Positions 21,656 to 34,722 are shown, counted from the stretch's first letter. The stretch: DNA of 64,000 bases from Felis catus (GCF_018350175.1 NC_058374.1:132370001-132434000), one strand, 5' to 3'. Numbers and translations are program-made. Notes: a model not told the origin generated them from the letters alone.

Positions 21656-24600
21656 CTGCTTACGGGGCAGAAAAAAAAGGGGGGCATGTGAGGTCACTCG
21701 CAGGGAGGAAGGAAAGAGACACGGGGCTCAGAGGTGCCTACCACCCACCCCTGGTGATTGACCCCAGGTGAGCCTCAGCGTCTCCATATGCAAAGTGATG
21801 GTGAGCTGACCTCAAGAACATGTCAGTCTATGGTGGTGTCGGGGGGCCGGCAGTGGAGAGCTCTGAAAGCTCCCCTGGGTGGGTCTGATGTTGCCATCGG
21901 GGCTGAGAGCCACTGCTGAGCCCTTCTTAACTGAAAGACTGGACACTGATGGGTCTTTAAAGGAATGGATAGTCTTCACTCATTCACTTGGCCAGCTTCT
22001 CTAAGACGGTGAGAGGCTCTGCGTGGGCACTGGGCAGATAGATGCAGGGGCACAAACCAGGGGCTTCTGGAAAAGAGCTGCAATGGTGCGCCCATTCCAG
22101 AGTAGCATGTGGTTCAAGTCACAGGCTCTGGAGTCGGACAACCCGGGGCCCAAATCCAGCTCAAGAACCAATCTGCTGTGTGACCCTAGGCAAATGCCTC
22201 CACCTCTCTGAGCCCCTGTTTCCTCACAAGCAACAGGGGACAAGCATATCTATTTAGAAGGGTTGGGGGATGATTGGGCAGTTAACGCCAATGAACAGAG
22301 CCTGGTTATTGCAATTACTGTCTAGGGCAGAGTGTTCTAAGCTGGTCTCTGACACCCGCATCCTGCCTGGGGTGAGGACGAAGTGTTTAGAGTCCCCCTT
22401 TTCCTGTCTTAAGACCCCAGGGGGCAGGAGAATTGGGACAGGAGCCAGCAGTGGGGGGGGGGGGCTCTCCTCCCCCTCTCCTGCTGGAGGAAGCCCCTTC
22501 TGGGATGGAAGAAGGCAGGCAAGGCCACACGTCCAGACTCTGGGAGGGGGTAGTCTCTGGCAGGCACCGGGAGCATCAGCAGAAAATTAATAATTCAGCG
22601 AGCTTCTAGGAGCCAAATTAGACCTTCTCTGTCCCCTTGGCTTCCTCCACATCCCCAGAGGCCCAGGCAGTTCCCGCTCAGTCAGCCCCGGGCCTTGTCC
22701 GCAGGCTTAGCCCCAGACCCGAGCTCACTGAGTTCTCACGAATCTGTAAGTGAGCGAGTAAATGGTGAGCGCCTACCGCGGGCAGGGCACGGGGTGCTGG
22801 AGGGACAGCTGAGGGTCAAATGGACAACCAAGGTGCCCTGTGCCTCGCAGGGACGGCCCCTCGGCTTGGGGCAAGCACCCCTCCCTGGCCCCCACTGGCC
22901 CAGCCCACTTGCTGGGTGAGACTGGGTGGATCCCTTCGCCTCTCTGAGCCTTGTTGTCTGGCCATGTGATGAGGGGGTAAACGTGTCCCCCGCCTCAAAA
23001 CGCTGGGGGTGGGGGAGGGCGGTGTCTGAGAGAAGCTGCCAGGACCTTACGCTGAGGAGCTGGGGGAGGGGGACTGACGCATGGTTCTGTCACTCCGCCT
23101 TGCGAATGGGAGCAGGTGGGCTAACTTCTCTGGGCTCATTTCCCCTCATTTATAAAATAAGGAGTTGGAATGCCCAGCTTGCAGAGCTGTGGTCAGGATT
23201 AAATGGCGGTGGGCAGGAGAAGGGCCCAGACCAAGCCACCTTCGTCCCCCACCACGTCCCACATAAGAGGGCACAGCCATCCATCCGTCCGTCCTCTGTG
23301 TAGTCGCTTGCTTGGCCGGCCGGGCTGGGCTGCAGGCTGAGGGAGGTGGGCGGGCGAGGGATGAGCAGCTCCAGCGCACCTGACCCCACCCGTTACACGA
23401 ACCTCCCATGTCCTATCTGGAGGGCTCCTGCTGACTCCCTGGGTGCCTACGAATCCTGACTCTGGGTGACTAAAAACAAAGCCTCAGTTTCCCCTTCTGT
23501 AAAATGGGGACAACCAGCCCCAGGACAGATGTAACGATGGCAGAGAGCAGTAACAGGCCCTCGTGGACTATGAGAGCAGAACGCAAACTGTGAGCCTTGG
23601 CTATATCGGCCAACGAAGAGCTCACTACCTCCAGAAGCTTCCCTGGACCAATGCCGGGGGGGGAGGGAGGGGGCTCTGGCTGGGTGTTCTGGGCTCCGGC
23701 ACCCTCTATCCTCAGTTTCCCTCTTTCGACAGTGCCAAGCTTGGCACGAAGGGCACACATCTGAGTGAGACCGCGTGCCAGGCCCATCCTTGGCGCTGCA
23801 CGCGTATTTACTCCTCAGTCCTCACAGCCGCCCTTTTTGGTTGGTACTCTTACTGCCCCCATTTCACCGATGGGGGAACTGAGGCAGAGGTCCTTCTGAA
23901 TTTTCTACAGCAGCGGGGCCGGGCAAAGCCGATACCTCTGGCGCTCTCTAGCAAAGCGTCCTCCTCCCGCGGAGGGAGAAGGGGCCGGGCAGGAAGGAAC
24001 AGGACGTCTAGTGCTATTTACACAGACGCTGCGGTGAGCGGGCGTGCAAGCTGTTCTTTTGTCGGAGCCACCAGCTCTGCCGCCCGGCAGGAAGGCCAGG
24101 GAGGAGGTGGGCTCTCCAGATCGTGTGCGGCCCCCTCCCCACCCCAGTGTCTGAATCAGAAGAACACGACTCCCCCCCACTTTCCCCATCTGCTGCGGGC
24201 TCAGGCTGTGCCGCGTGGGCTCCCGGCTGATGCCAATCGGGCCCCTGGCCCAGGGTGGGGGGGAGGGATGATGATGCCATCACCCCCCACTCAGGTCCCG
24301 AAGAGGCAGGGAAAGGGGGGCTCCGAGCCCACAGGCTGTTGCGCTGGGAGTCTGCGTGGGGTTCGGTGTAAGCGCACAGGCCCTGAGCCAGCGCCGGGGT
24401 CCCGGTCCAGCTCAGCGCTAACGGGCTGGGCTCATTAGCGCTCGGCAGGGAGGAGGCGGGCAGAGGAGTTGTCCTCACCGCCGCCGTCACTGCTGTCACT
24501 ACCGCGTGCCAGGCCCCGCACCAGGGAAGCACCGCGCGAACACTTCACAGCCCTCTCGGCGATCTGGGGAGGTGAGGAGGCCCACTCTACAGATGGAGGA

Positions 24601-25690
24601 ACTGAGACAGTGAGGTGCAAGAACCCCAGCCCAGGCCCTTCTGATTCCAGAAGCTGTTCCCATTCTTCCCTCGCGGTGTGGGTCTCGGGCTGCCAAGTGG
24701 GCACGATGCCGGCCGCCCTGCCTGCCAGGGGGGCCAGCGGAAGTGGTTCTAGTGGCCACGAAAAGGCTGGGAGGGTCTGGAAGGCTATGTGAGACCGTGG
24801 CGGGGGGGGGGGGGCGGCAGCCTCACAGAGGGGGCCCGGATGGGAGGGACCTGCCCAGGCCGGGTGGCTCTGAGGCTGGGAGGATGCAGGGAAGACCCCA
24901 GCCGCCTTGTCCCCACGTGGGGTCTGTTCCTTTCCTGTGGGGGGCAGAGGGAGGGTGCTGGACCTCAGTGCACAGCTCACCCTCCACCCCCCCGCCCCCC
25001 GGACCACGCAGGGCCCGGCTCCAGGGGCCCCCGGGCGGGTGGAAAAGAACCAGCTTCACTCACCTCCCCACCTGACCACCCCCAAGCCTCGTGCGACTCT
25101 GCTGGGCTCAGCTCGGTTCCACCAGCCCGGTGACCTTATGTACAGCTGCTGTGCCTCAGTTTTCCCAGCTGAAAGGGGACAGCCATAATACCTCCTAGCA
25201 TATTAGTGATAATTGAGTTACATAATGCCCTTAGGGTAGAGCTGGCCTACGAAGGGCTCTGCAAGTGTGGATGATATTATTATAATTACTACTTGATTAT
25301 CGCTTGAAGGGACCCACCCTGCTCCAACCCCGACCATAAATCTGTTTGTTTAACCATTACAGCGAGAGAAGAAGCAAGTCTCAGAACACAGCTACACACC
25401 GTTTATACAAAGTTGCAAAGATTCCAAACCGGATCATGGATTTGTAAAAGCAGGAAGAAACACAGGGGGCGAGAAGGATACAAGTTCGGGACAGAGGTGA
25501 CCCTCTCTCGGGGGTGGGCGGTCTGGGGCTGGGAGTTGGGAGGCTCTCCCGGGCGCGAGCTGGCTGTAAATGTTTTGGTCCTTCTTGAGCCTGGATCCCT
25601 GCCTGGTCGGTGTTCTTCACACCTGCGTGTAGGTCTCAGATACTCTGCATTGATTTTCTTTCAAACAAAAACAAAAACGAAGGCAGGAAA

Positions 25691-25890
25691 GGGGCGCCTG
25701 GGTGGCTCGGTCGGTTAAATGCCCAACTCTTGGTTTCGGTTCAGGTCATGATCTCACAGTTCGTGGGTCTGAGCCCCACGTCGGGCTCCACGCTGATGGT
25801 GTGGGGCCTACTTGGGATTCTCTCTCTCCCTCTCTCTCTCTGCACCTCCCCTGCTCGCTCGCTCACTCTCTCAAGATAAAAAAAAACAAA
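25691..25890 (+). mobile_element. CAN-SINE in NPTXR intron 1
   Basis: ggggcgcctgggtggctcgg..., then (CT)n and an A tail. Confidence 0.9.
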
Positions 25891-26564
25891 ACAGGCCAAA
25901 GTCCAAAAGCAGTCTTTGAGCGTAGAATCTAACCCTGAATCTTAATGGTAGCCTTGCTTGGCTCCTCTGTCCCTCTCTAGTCCGGGCCACCGTCACCTCG
26001 GCTCCTACGCCGGCCCTTCTCCACACCGCAGCCGGGGGCAGCCGCCTAACTGCAAATCCAACCATGTTGCCGAAAATCCTTCAACAGCTCCCTTCCCCCA
26101 CTGATAAAGTCCCAGCCTCTCTGCGCTCAGCCCTCACTCCCCACCCCTGCAGGCTACACTTCATTCCCACCTAAAGTCACCAACGGCCCCCAGCTCCTTT
26201 CTCACCCCAGGGCCTCCGTACATTCTGTTCCTTCTGCTAAGAACACACTTCCTGTTCCCACCCTACCTCCCCCCGCCAAAGCCTGCTCACCCTCCAGATG
26301 GCAGCTTTCCCCACACCTGATCTAAGATGCTCCAAAGGGAGAAGAAAGAGGGCTTCTGTGGAGAGACCGAGGGTCTCGATTCACTCAGTCCCTCCCTCAC
26401 TCATTCGTCCACCCATCCACATACGCTGTGGCGACTCGACGTCACGAGCACAGGCACGACTCACATCAGACGGGCCAGCGTCGTTCCCAGGCTCCCCGCT
26501 TACTAGATCTGTGGCCCTGGACAAGCTGCTCAACTCCTTTCCTCAACTCTAAAATGGAGATAAT

Positions 26565-26787
26565 GGGGCGCCTGGGTGGCTCCGTTGGTTAAGCGTCCAG
26601 CTTCGGCTCAGGTCATGATCTCGCGGTTCGTGAGTTCAACCCCCGCACCGGGCTCTGTGCTGACAGCTTGGAGCCTGGAGCCCGCTTCGGGTTCTGTGTC
26701 TCCCCCTCTCTCTGCCCCTCCCCCGCTCACGTTCTGTCTTCCCTCTCTCAAAAATAAACTTTAAAAAAAATGAAAAAAATAAAATAA
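26565..26787 (+). mobile_element. CAN-SINE in NPTXR intron 1, inserted into a MIR
   Basis: Full-length copy; TSD-like aaaatggagataat / aaaacgggataat. Confidence 0.9.
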
Positions 26788-27899
26788 AACGGGATAATAA
26801 TAGTCTCTACCTTCTGGAATATAAGTAACGACAAAATGAAAGAACGTACGTGAAGACTGGCACACGATGAGTGACTGATAAATGGTTATAACCATTATTA
26901 TTATTTGCGGCTACTGAGGGGCAGCAGAGCACAGTGAGTAGTGACTGTGTGGGGCGGGTGGGGAGGGGGGGCTGGAGCCGGCTGTCGAGAGGGAAATCCC
27001 CACTGCGTGACCTGGGCAAGGTCAACCCCTCTGAGCCTCCGTGTCCTCACCTGTGAAATGGGAGCAGTTAAAAGTCCCATGGTGCTTATGGGGACTCAGT
27101 TGGAAGGCCCCTAGAAAAGGCTGGCACAGAGGGTGCCCTATGCCCTGCTGCCTCTTCCTGAGTGACAGGTGCAATGGGTCCAGAGGTGGACGAGGCCTGC
27201 ACCGGGCATGGGCCGTGCTCCCAGCTGGGGCGGGGGGGGGGGGGGGGAGGTAGACTAGGGGGCGTGACAGCACGAGAGCCCTCATGGAGGCACGGGCTCT
27301 GCGGGGCGGCAGGGGTCAAGGTGAGTCAGGGCAGGCCTCTCCCAGCAGGCCCTGTGTCTCCAACGTACCCAGAGGCGAAGGGGCAGGAAAGCAGGCCATA
27401 GAGGCCGGATTGGTCTTCGGTCCTGGGCTCTGAGGCCTCGGAGTTAAGTGATAGGTCACCCCCAACCCCAGGCTCCCTTGCCTCTCCCTTCAAGTGCTCC
27501 CTGTCCACGGCTGCATTGCCACAGAATTCCCTCTTGGGCCCTGCTTGTCCACATACTTCTGGGCCCGGGGCCAAACATCTACTGCAAAGACTGGGGATCC
27601 CCCTCCCCCCCTCCCAGCCCATTTTAATAGAAAATCCTGGCTGTGAGCTCAGCTCAGCTTCTGCCGTGCTGTGTGGCCTTCAGTCACTCGGGCTCTCTGG
27701 GCCTCAGCTTCCCCTGGAGTCAAATGAGGGGCATGTGGGGGCACATAAGTGTTTCCACCCCGGGCTGGCTGTCTCAGCCCCTGCCGCTAGAGTTCTATGG
27801 GGGGGACCGTGCGCCCGAGATTGTCCTCGGGGAACCCCACCACACCGTCACCTGGTGAGGAGCGCCAGCCCCTGCCTGACCTTTTTCCGCCTCCCATAG

Positions 27900-28610
27900 G
27901 CAAGGACTCCACCAAATGGCCAATAAACAGAAGAAAAGGTGCTCAACATCGTGAGTCATCAGAGATACACAAATTAAAACCACAGTAAGTTCACTGCACG
28001 CCCACCAGAATGGGGAGGGTTTTAAAAATAACCACACCAAGGCTGGCAAGCTTCACACACAGGTGGGCATGTAAACGCTTACTGCCACTTCGGCAAAGTG
28101 TTTGGCATCACCTCCTAAACGCTACGTAAATGTCTCTCCCGGGACCCAGACACCCACTCCTGGGGATGTATCCAGGAGAAATGAGGGCTTATCACCACCA
28201 AAAGATGTCACAAGAATGTTCATGGCAGCCTTATTTGTAACACCCGGATGTCCATCCACAGGGGAAGGGGTAAGTAAATGTAGGCGTGTCTATGCACCCA
28301 AACACTACACGGCATGAAAAAAAATCACAAGCCACTGTCACCCGCCCCACGATCAAATGTCAGCCATCACGTACAACAGAAACACCAGACATAAAGGGAT
28401 GCGGCAGTCTGGGGAAGTAGGGACTCCAGGGGTCCCAGAGGAGCCTTCAGGGACACTGGAAATGTCCCGCTCTCGATCTGAGCGGCGCTCTCGTCCACAC
28501 GTAAGTGTGCACTGAGCTGCACATTTAAGATTTGTGTGTTTTGTAAGTGAGAGACGTGAGCTCTTACGTATCTCGAATAGAAGATATACTTCAAAAGAAA
28601 AAAAAAAAAT
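27900..28610 (+). mobile_element. Old L1 (L1M) 3' fragment
   Basis: aaatggccaataaacag..aaaaggtgctcaacatc...aaattaaaaccacag are L1 ORF2-end motifs. Confidence 0.7.
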
Positions 28611-29611
28611 CCCCCAGGTTAGGTGCTGCCTTCTGTTCACGTAGCGCCTGCCGAGCTTGCAACAGCAGGAAGGGCCTCCCCCCCTGGGGCAAGGCCTGCC
28701 AGGGACGGGAGGCCACCAGGGCACCGTCCGGCGGGGCAAGCTGGCTCCTCGGAGCGCCGTGCGCGCCCCTGACATCTGACAGGTGGAGAATCTGAGGATC
28801 AGAGAGAAGAAGGAATTTTCTAAGGTCACAGCAAACAGGTGGCAGAACCGGGGTTTTTAACACCCGGTGTCTTGCTAGACGAAGGCGTGGCACAGGCAGG
28901 AGTAGGGGTTAAGGGCTGTGCAGTGGGAGTGTACCACCTAGAGATGGGGGGGGGGGCAGCCACAGGGAGAGGCGCCATCTGGGGCTGCAGGTGGGCACCG
29001 AGGATCCATATCGTCAAACAGAAGGCCAACGGGCAGAACCCCTCTTGCTGTAGCGCGCCAGCCCCCCTCACGGCCAAAAGAGGTAGGGTCAGGGAAGCAG
29101 CCCTCACAGAGCAGAAGCCGCCAGAATGGGCAGCAATGTAAAAAAAAAAAAAAAAAAAAAAAAAGCAACAGACTTTAGAAAAGGCACCGATAGATTCCCT
29201 AAGGCGCTGTGTTTCTCTGCAGATTTCCCTCCGAAACTGGAGGCCTGGGAGTGGGTGGGTGGGGGCTCGGTGAGGGCCTCGCACACACATGTAACCGCCC
29301 TCAACTCTCCCCCCCCCTCCCCGCCACCGCCAATCCCTAAGCAGGAGGCATCCGCCCAAGAACTCCCAACGGAGAGCCCAAAGGGCCGGGCCCAGATCCA
29401 GCCTCCCCCCCCCCCTTCCACCCACTTTACAGATTAGAAAACTGAAAAAAAAACAGAGAGGGAAGTAAAGAGCTTAGAGTCACAAGCAAAAAGAACTCCA
29501 CTTTATGCCACCAGCCGCGCTACCTCGGAGAACATTTCGAGCTGAAAGGTGTTTCGCGAACATCTGGCCCCGCTGTATCATTTCACGGAGCGGAAGCGGA
29601 AGCCGGCGCGT

Positions 29612-29680
29612 GGGGGAGGGGTGGGGGTGGGGGAGGGGTGGGGTGGGGGAGGGGAGGGGTGGGGGCGGGGGTGGGGCGGG
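29612..29680 (+). repeat. G-tract array (13 tracts of G3-G5 with 1-nt loops); predicted G-quadruplex
   Basis: Counted directly. Confidence 0.85.
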
Positions 29681-30369
29681 TTGTCGGGTTCTGGTTCTTC
29701 CACGTCCTTATCTGTAACAGGGGAGCGTGTACAGCCCGTTTCACAGGGCCCAAGACTGAATGAGCCAATCAGTGTTACTTAATACTGTTATTTATTATTA
29801 GCAAAACTTCCACGTGAGCCTTCTGCCGGTCCTGCCGGCCGGCAGGACAAGCCTTTGGGGACCGGCCCTCATCCCTCTGGCTCTGGGGGCTCTGACACAG
29901 AAACGGTCCGGGGCACCGTCTAGCAAGAGGCCCTGCCCCCCCCACCGGCCTTTCCCACTCTTCCTGAAGGTAGGTGAGGTCTGACCTCTCCAGATGGATC
30001 TAGAGAAAATGATGCCCACTAAGGGCTCTGGAACCAGACACTGACAGGCTCCCTTGCTGTGCGCGACCTTGGGCCAACTGCTTAACCACTCTGAACGTTG
30101 GTTTCCTCATCCGTACAAGGGGGATGAAATGGTTACCTCCCTTATGGAGATTTGATGAGGATTAAATGAGATAATGCCCAGTGCCCGACACACAGTAGGC
30201 GCTCAGCAAGCATGAGCTATAATTGTTATCGAGGCCAGGGTCCCCTGTGACCATTGTCAGGGTGTTCCTTACCCCCATCTTTCCACCCCAAGATGGAGGC
30301 AGGCGACCAGCTTGCTAGGCCGGGTTAAGGATGTGGTTTAGTCAAACAAAGAACTGCTGACGGAATCAA

Positions 30370-30960
30370 TCTGAAAGCTTCATTTGCCACATACATTAAA
30401 TTAATGCAAAAAAAAAAAAAAAAAAGGAACCCTGGAACATGTATGCGTGGCTGCTTGCCATGTAAATGGTTCAACCCTTTTGGAAAGTGGTTCTTGGCCA
30501 CAGCCATAAAAAATCAATATCCTCTGACCCAGTAATACCTCTCCTGGGAATTCAGCCTAAAGAAATAATTCAACAGACTTCAAAAGAAAAAAAAAAAACC
30601 TATCTGCATGAAATTGATCCTGTAATGAGCATCTAGAAGAAAAATAATTAGGGACAACCTACATCTCCAGCAAAGGAGAAGAGATGGTCAGAGCAGTGAT
30701 GGATGGTGGAGCCAGAGATAGATCCCAGCATATCATGGCCACCATTAAAACGGTAATTACTGGCAACCGGTAATTCTGGAACAATGTCTACATCTGGATA
30801 AAGGACCAGAAGGGGATGAAAAAATGGATGAAATGGTGGAATTAAATGCGATTTTTTCCCCCCAAGACACATTTTGACTTTTTTTCCATTAACAGCCACG
30901 ACCATAACAACAAAAACAAAAACACAGGCAAGAAGAGAAATAATTTCTCCTAGGCTCACA
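30370..30960 (+). mobile_element. Old L1 (L1ME-like) fragment
   Basis: ccttttggaaag...tgacccagtaatacctctcctgggaatt...aacctacatctccagcaaaggag motifs. Confidence 0.6.
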
Positions 30961-30989
30961 AACAGGGTTCTCACTTGAGGCCTCGAGGA

Positions 30990-32110
30990 GAGGCTGGGCC
31001 AGTGTGACCTTCCCTCCCCTTTGGTAGAGGGCTGGTGGGGTGAGGGGGGGTGGTGATACAGAGACGGGCCAGGTGGGGACGGGCAGGGATGCGCAGAGGG
31101 CTGCGGGAGCAGGAATGGGGGTAGGAAAAGGTCAGTGTGCGATCAGGGAGGGCCTCTGGGAGGAGGTGTCCTCAGAGCAGACCCTTGGCTGATGAGTATG
31201 GCTACTCTGGGGGTAATCTGGGCAGAGGCAAGGAGGAAATGGGAGATGGGCCAGCTCTGTAATGAGAGCCTGGGAGCAGGCTGAGGGGTTTGCACCATGA
31301 GGAAGCCCCATGATGGGCTTAAGGACGATCCTTGGGGCTTAAGGAAGACGGATGGAGGGGTGGGTGTGCCTGGAGTGGGAGACGACTGAGGAGGCTGCTG
31401 CAAGAGAGGTGAGGTCGACTGGAAGGAGGGCAGGGCGGGAACTAACCATGGCTTATCAGAGCACACCTGAAAAGCGGGTCGGCGGAGGACCTGAGTCCAG
31501 GTTGGGGCACCATGAGGGCAGGGGGCCAGTGTGACGTCCAGAGGGAGGTGCTCAGGAAGCGGTTGGATCTACCGGTCTGGAGCTCCGGAAAGAAACCTGG
31601 GCGGGACGAAGCTGGCTGGGGCGCCACAGCGGACTGGGCGTTGGGAGCCTCCGCGTGTGGCTGAGTTCACCCAGGGAAAGTGAGAAGAGAGCCAGGAGGG
31701 GTGCGACCGATAAAGGAGGAGGGCCCCGAAACGGGACACAGAAGCAGAGAGGGAGGAAGAGCAGGTAAGAGGTGTCTAGAAGCCAAGGGCCCGGAGATCT
31801 TTAGGAGGGAATGATCACTGGGGTCAGATGTTGCAGAGGCGTTCATCAAGGTAAGGACAGAATCGTTCCCATTCAATTGATCGTCTTGGGTGACGGCCCC
31901 AGAGCACGTTCAGCGAGCTGTAAGGGGAGAGAGGTGAGTGGCGAGAACACAGACCCTGAGAATCCGGGGGCAAGCTTTTGAGGATATCGGATGAAGAGAG
32001 GGGAGGAAGAAGACAGTAGCTAAAGAGAGCACACGGTTCCGCTGAGCTCAGGAGTCTGACCCCACAACTGTCAGGGTCCAGACCCCAGTCTCTCCCAAAG
32101 ACCCCAGGGA
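30990..32110 (-). mobile_element. L2 remnant
   Basis: Purine-rich antisense L2 motifs (ggaatgatcactggggtcagatgttgcagagg). Confidence 0.55.
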
Positions 32111-34107
32111 GATTGGCTCTGGGGCTGCCAGGCCCAGAAGGCAGATCTGGTGGGCAAGCAGACCCCCGCCTTCCTGCCTCCAAGTCCACTGCGCTCAGAA
32201 AGCAGGAGGGGCGTGTGTAGGGAAGCCAGGGCTCTCCCAACCCGGGAGGCTGGTCTGGTGACAAATCCCAGGCGCCAGGATCCCCACCCCCCCCAACCTC
32301 AGCAGGCTAACTGGAGGGGAGCCCACCCTGCCAAATGCACAGGTGCTGGGGGAACAGGTCCAGGGCAAGCCCAGCCCTGCCAGCCCCAGACGTGGGAGGA
32401 ACCACGGTGCCATCTGGGTGTGGAGGCAGGGGCTGGGGCAGGCAAGAGGAAGTTTATTGAAAACCGAATCTTTTTTTTTTTTTCTTTTTTTGACATTAAT
32501 AAACTCTTTTTCCTAAAAGGGGGGGGGGTTGTTCCCATTTTGATCTTTGGCTACTTGAAAAATTAGCAATATGATTGCTTAATGATAAAAATAGCCATCA
32601 CTCAAATTCATGGAGCACATCTCTGCCCGACGCCGTTCTGGGCCGTTCACAAAGATGAACTCACTTCATCTTCCTAACGCCCCGACGAGGCAGGTGACAT
32701 TACTGTCCCCATTGCACGGGTGGGGAAACTGAGGCTCCCCTTCACAGTTGCGCTTCAGTGTTTCTCTGATTATCTCCCTGCTCTTGGCTCTCGCATCCTA
32801 GAAATGCCCCAGAGGTGAAGTAGGAACGGGGGGTGTTGGCCTGGCACACAAGCCTCCTGGGCTCTCCTCCTTCCTGTCACTCACCTTAGGAGGGCCCTGA
32901 GCCCCAAGTGTCTCACCAGTAAGATGACAGGGCTGGCTGTGATGGCCTGGCTGCCATGTGACAACCCCCCGGCGGACCCCCACCAGAGGCGGGTGCTGAC
33001 ACCTGCACAGACTCCCTGGAGGGCCACTGGGCCACGGCAATGGCCAACCTTCCACACAGGCATCATTTGGTGCCGCTGGGCCGGAGGTTGATCTGCGAGA
33101 GCCATGAGGAGGGGGGAGTCCCTACCTTCCCTTCCTTCCAGCCTCTCCTCCCTCTGCCTTCGTCAGGTGCACCCGGTTGGGGGAAAATACTAAAGGAGCC
33201 TTTGGCCTCTTTCTCCCCTCTCTTTCGCAGACTCAGTTTTGTTGCTAACCCCCTTCCCTGCCATCTGGAAATCACGGATGGCTGGGGGGTGGTCAGTGTC
33301 TTGCAGCTGTCTGTCCTTCCTAGTCTGCCCAGCTCCCGCTCCGGGGGGGCCCCAAATGGGTTTTCACAGGGAGGTGGGGGGTCTGGAGACTTCAAATGAG
33401 AAACCACTGGTGGCAGAATCACACCACAGCCCAGAGCCGACTCCCTTTGTTACATCCCTTGTGTTTGACCTGAGCCAGGGACCGTTGAAAGGGGTGTGTG
33501 GAGAAGGAGCCCGCGCAAGAGCCTGTTCTCTGGCCAGTCCCCACCCCAGAGCGGCTGGCTGCCGGCAGTAGAGGCTAGGCCAGCGCTATCTAAGTTCCTG
33601 CGGTTGGGCCCGCGGTCTGAGCCCGGGGCGGGGGCGGGGTACGGGGATGGGAAGCCCTGAGGGGCAGCCGGATTTGGCTTATGGGACACTCCCTTCCCTG
33701 CTCTTCGGCAGGACAGCAGGTTCCCCAGTCCCCTGGACAGCGCTTCCTATCTCCTGACCACAGGAAGTGAGTGGGACTGGTCCCGCGTTGGGGGGGGGGG
33801 GAGGGGGTCTGGAAGAAAGAAACGAAACGGGCATTTAAGGAGGCCCTAGGACGGGCCAAGCATTTTCATATACCTACAGTTTACTAAATCCTCACTACAA
33901 GCGGGCACTCACGCCCATTTCGCAGAAGCCCAAACCGAGGCTTACGGCAGAGGGTGCCTGGAGGAAAAAGGGGAGCGGAACGAGCCTTTCCCGCGCGCCC
34001 CCTGAGCCTCAGTCACGGCGCCGGCCACGGCCGGCCTCCCCGGGGCGCCCGCGAGCGGCCCCTCCCACCCCCGCCCGCCCGCCCCCGACGGCGCGCGCGG
34101 CGCTCAC

Positions 34108-34722
34108 CTCGATGCGGTCCAGGCGGTCCCGGAGGGCTCGCACGGCGTCCTCCAGCTCGAGGATGAGGGCCGGCGAGTCCCAGGGCCCGTCGGCCATGGC
34201 GTCGCGGNNNNNNNNNNNNNNNNNNNNNNNNNNNNNNNNNNNNNNNNNNNNNNNNNNNNNNNNNNNNNNNNNNNNNNNNNNNNNNNNNNNNNNNNNNNNN
34301 NNNNNNNNNNNNNNNNNNNNNNNNNNNNNNNNNNNNNNNNNNNNNNNNNNNNNNNGCAGCAGCAGCTCCTCGCGCTCGCCGGCCGCCGCGTCGCCCTGCT
34401 CGGTCCCCGACGGGNNNNNNNNNNNNNNNNNNNNNNNNNNNNNNNNNNNNNNNNNNNNNNNNNNNNNNNNNNNNNNNNNNNNNNNNNNNNNNNNNNNNNN
34501 NNNNNNNNNNNNNNNNNNNNNNNNNNNNNNNNNNNNNNNNNNNNNNNNNNNNNNNNNNNNNNNNNNNNNNNNNNNNNNNNNNNNNNNNNNNNNNNNNNNN
34601 NNNNNNNNNNNNNNNNNNNNNNNNNNNNNNNNNNNNNNNNNNNNNNNNNNNNNNNNNNNNNNNNNNNNNNNNNNNNNNNNNNNNNNNNNNNNNNNNNNNN
34701 NNNNNNNNNNNNNNNNNNNNNN
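34108..34722 (-). CDS. NPTXR: NPTXR exon 1 (coding part); upper boundary is an estimate because the start lies in an N gap
   Basis: Visible segments translate in one frame: 34356-34414 gives PSGTEQGDAAAGEREELLL and 34108-34207 gives RDAMADGPWDSPALILELEDAVRALRDRLDRIE. Donor is GAG|GTGAGC at 34107. Both match recalled mammalian NPTXR. The start (CUG in human and rodent) and signal anchor fall in N gap 34415-34819. Confidence 0.9.
34208..34355. other. Assembly gap (148 N) inside NPTXR exon 1
   Basis: N run; reading frame preserved across it. Confidence 0.99.

Noticed and set aside
23563-24438. 291-aa plus-strand ORF in NPTXR intron 1
   Set aside because: It has a TTG start, crosses MIR-derived and low-complexity GC-rich DNA, and shows no recognisable homology.
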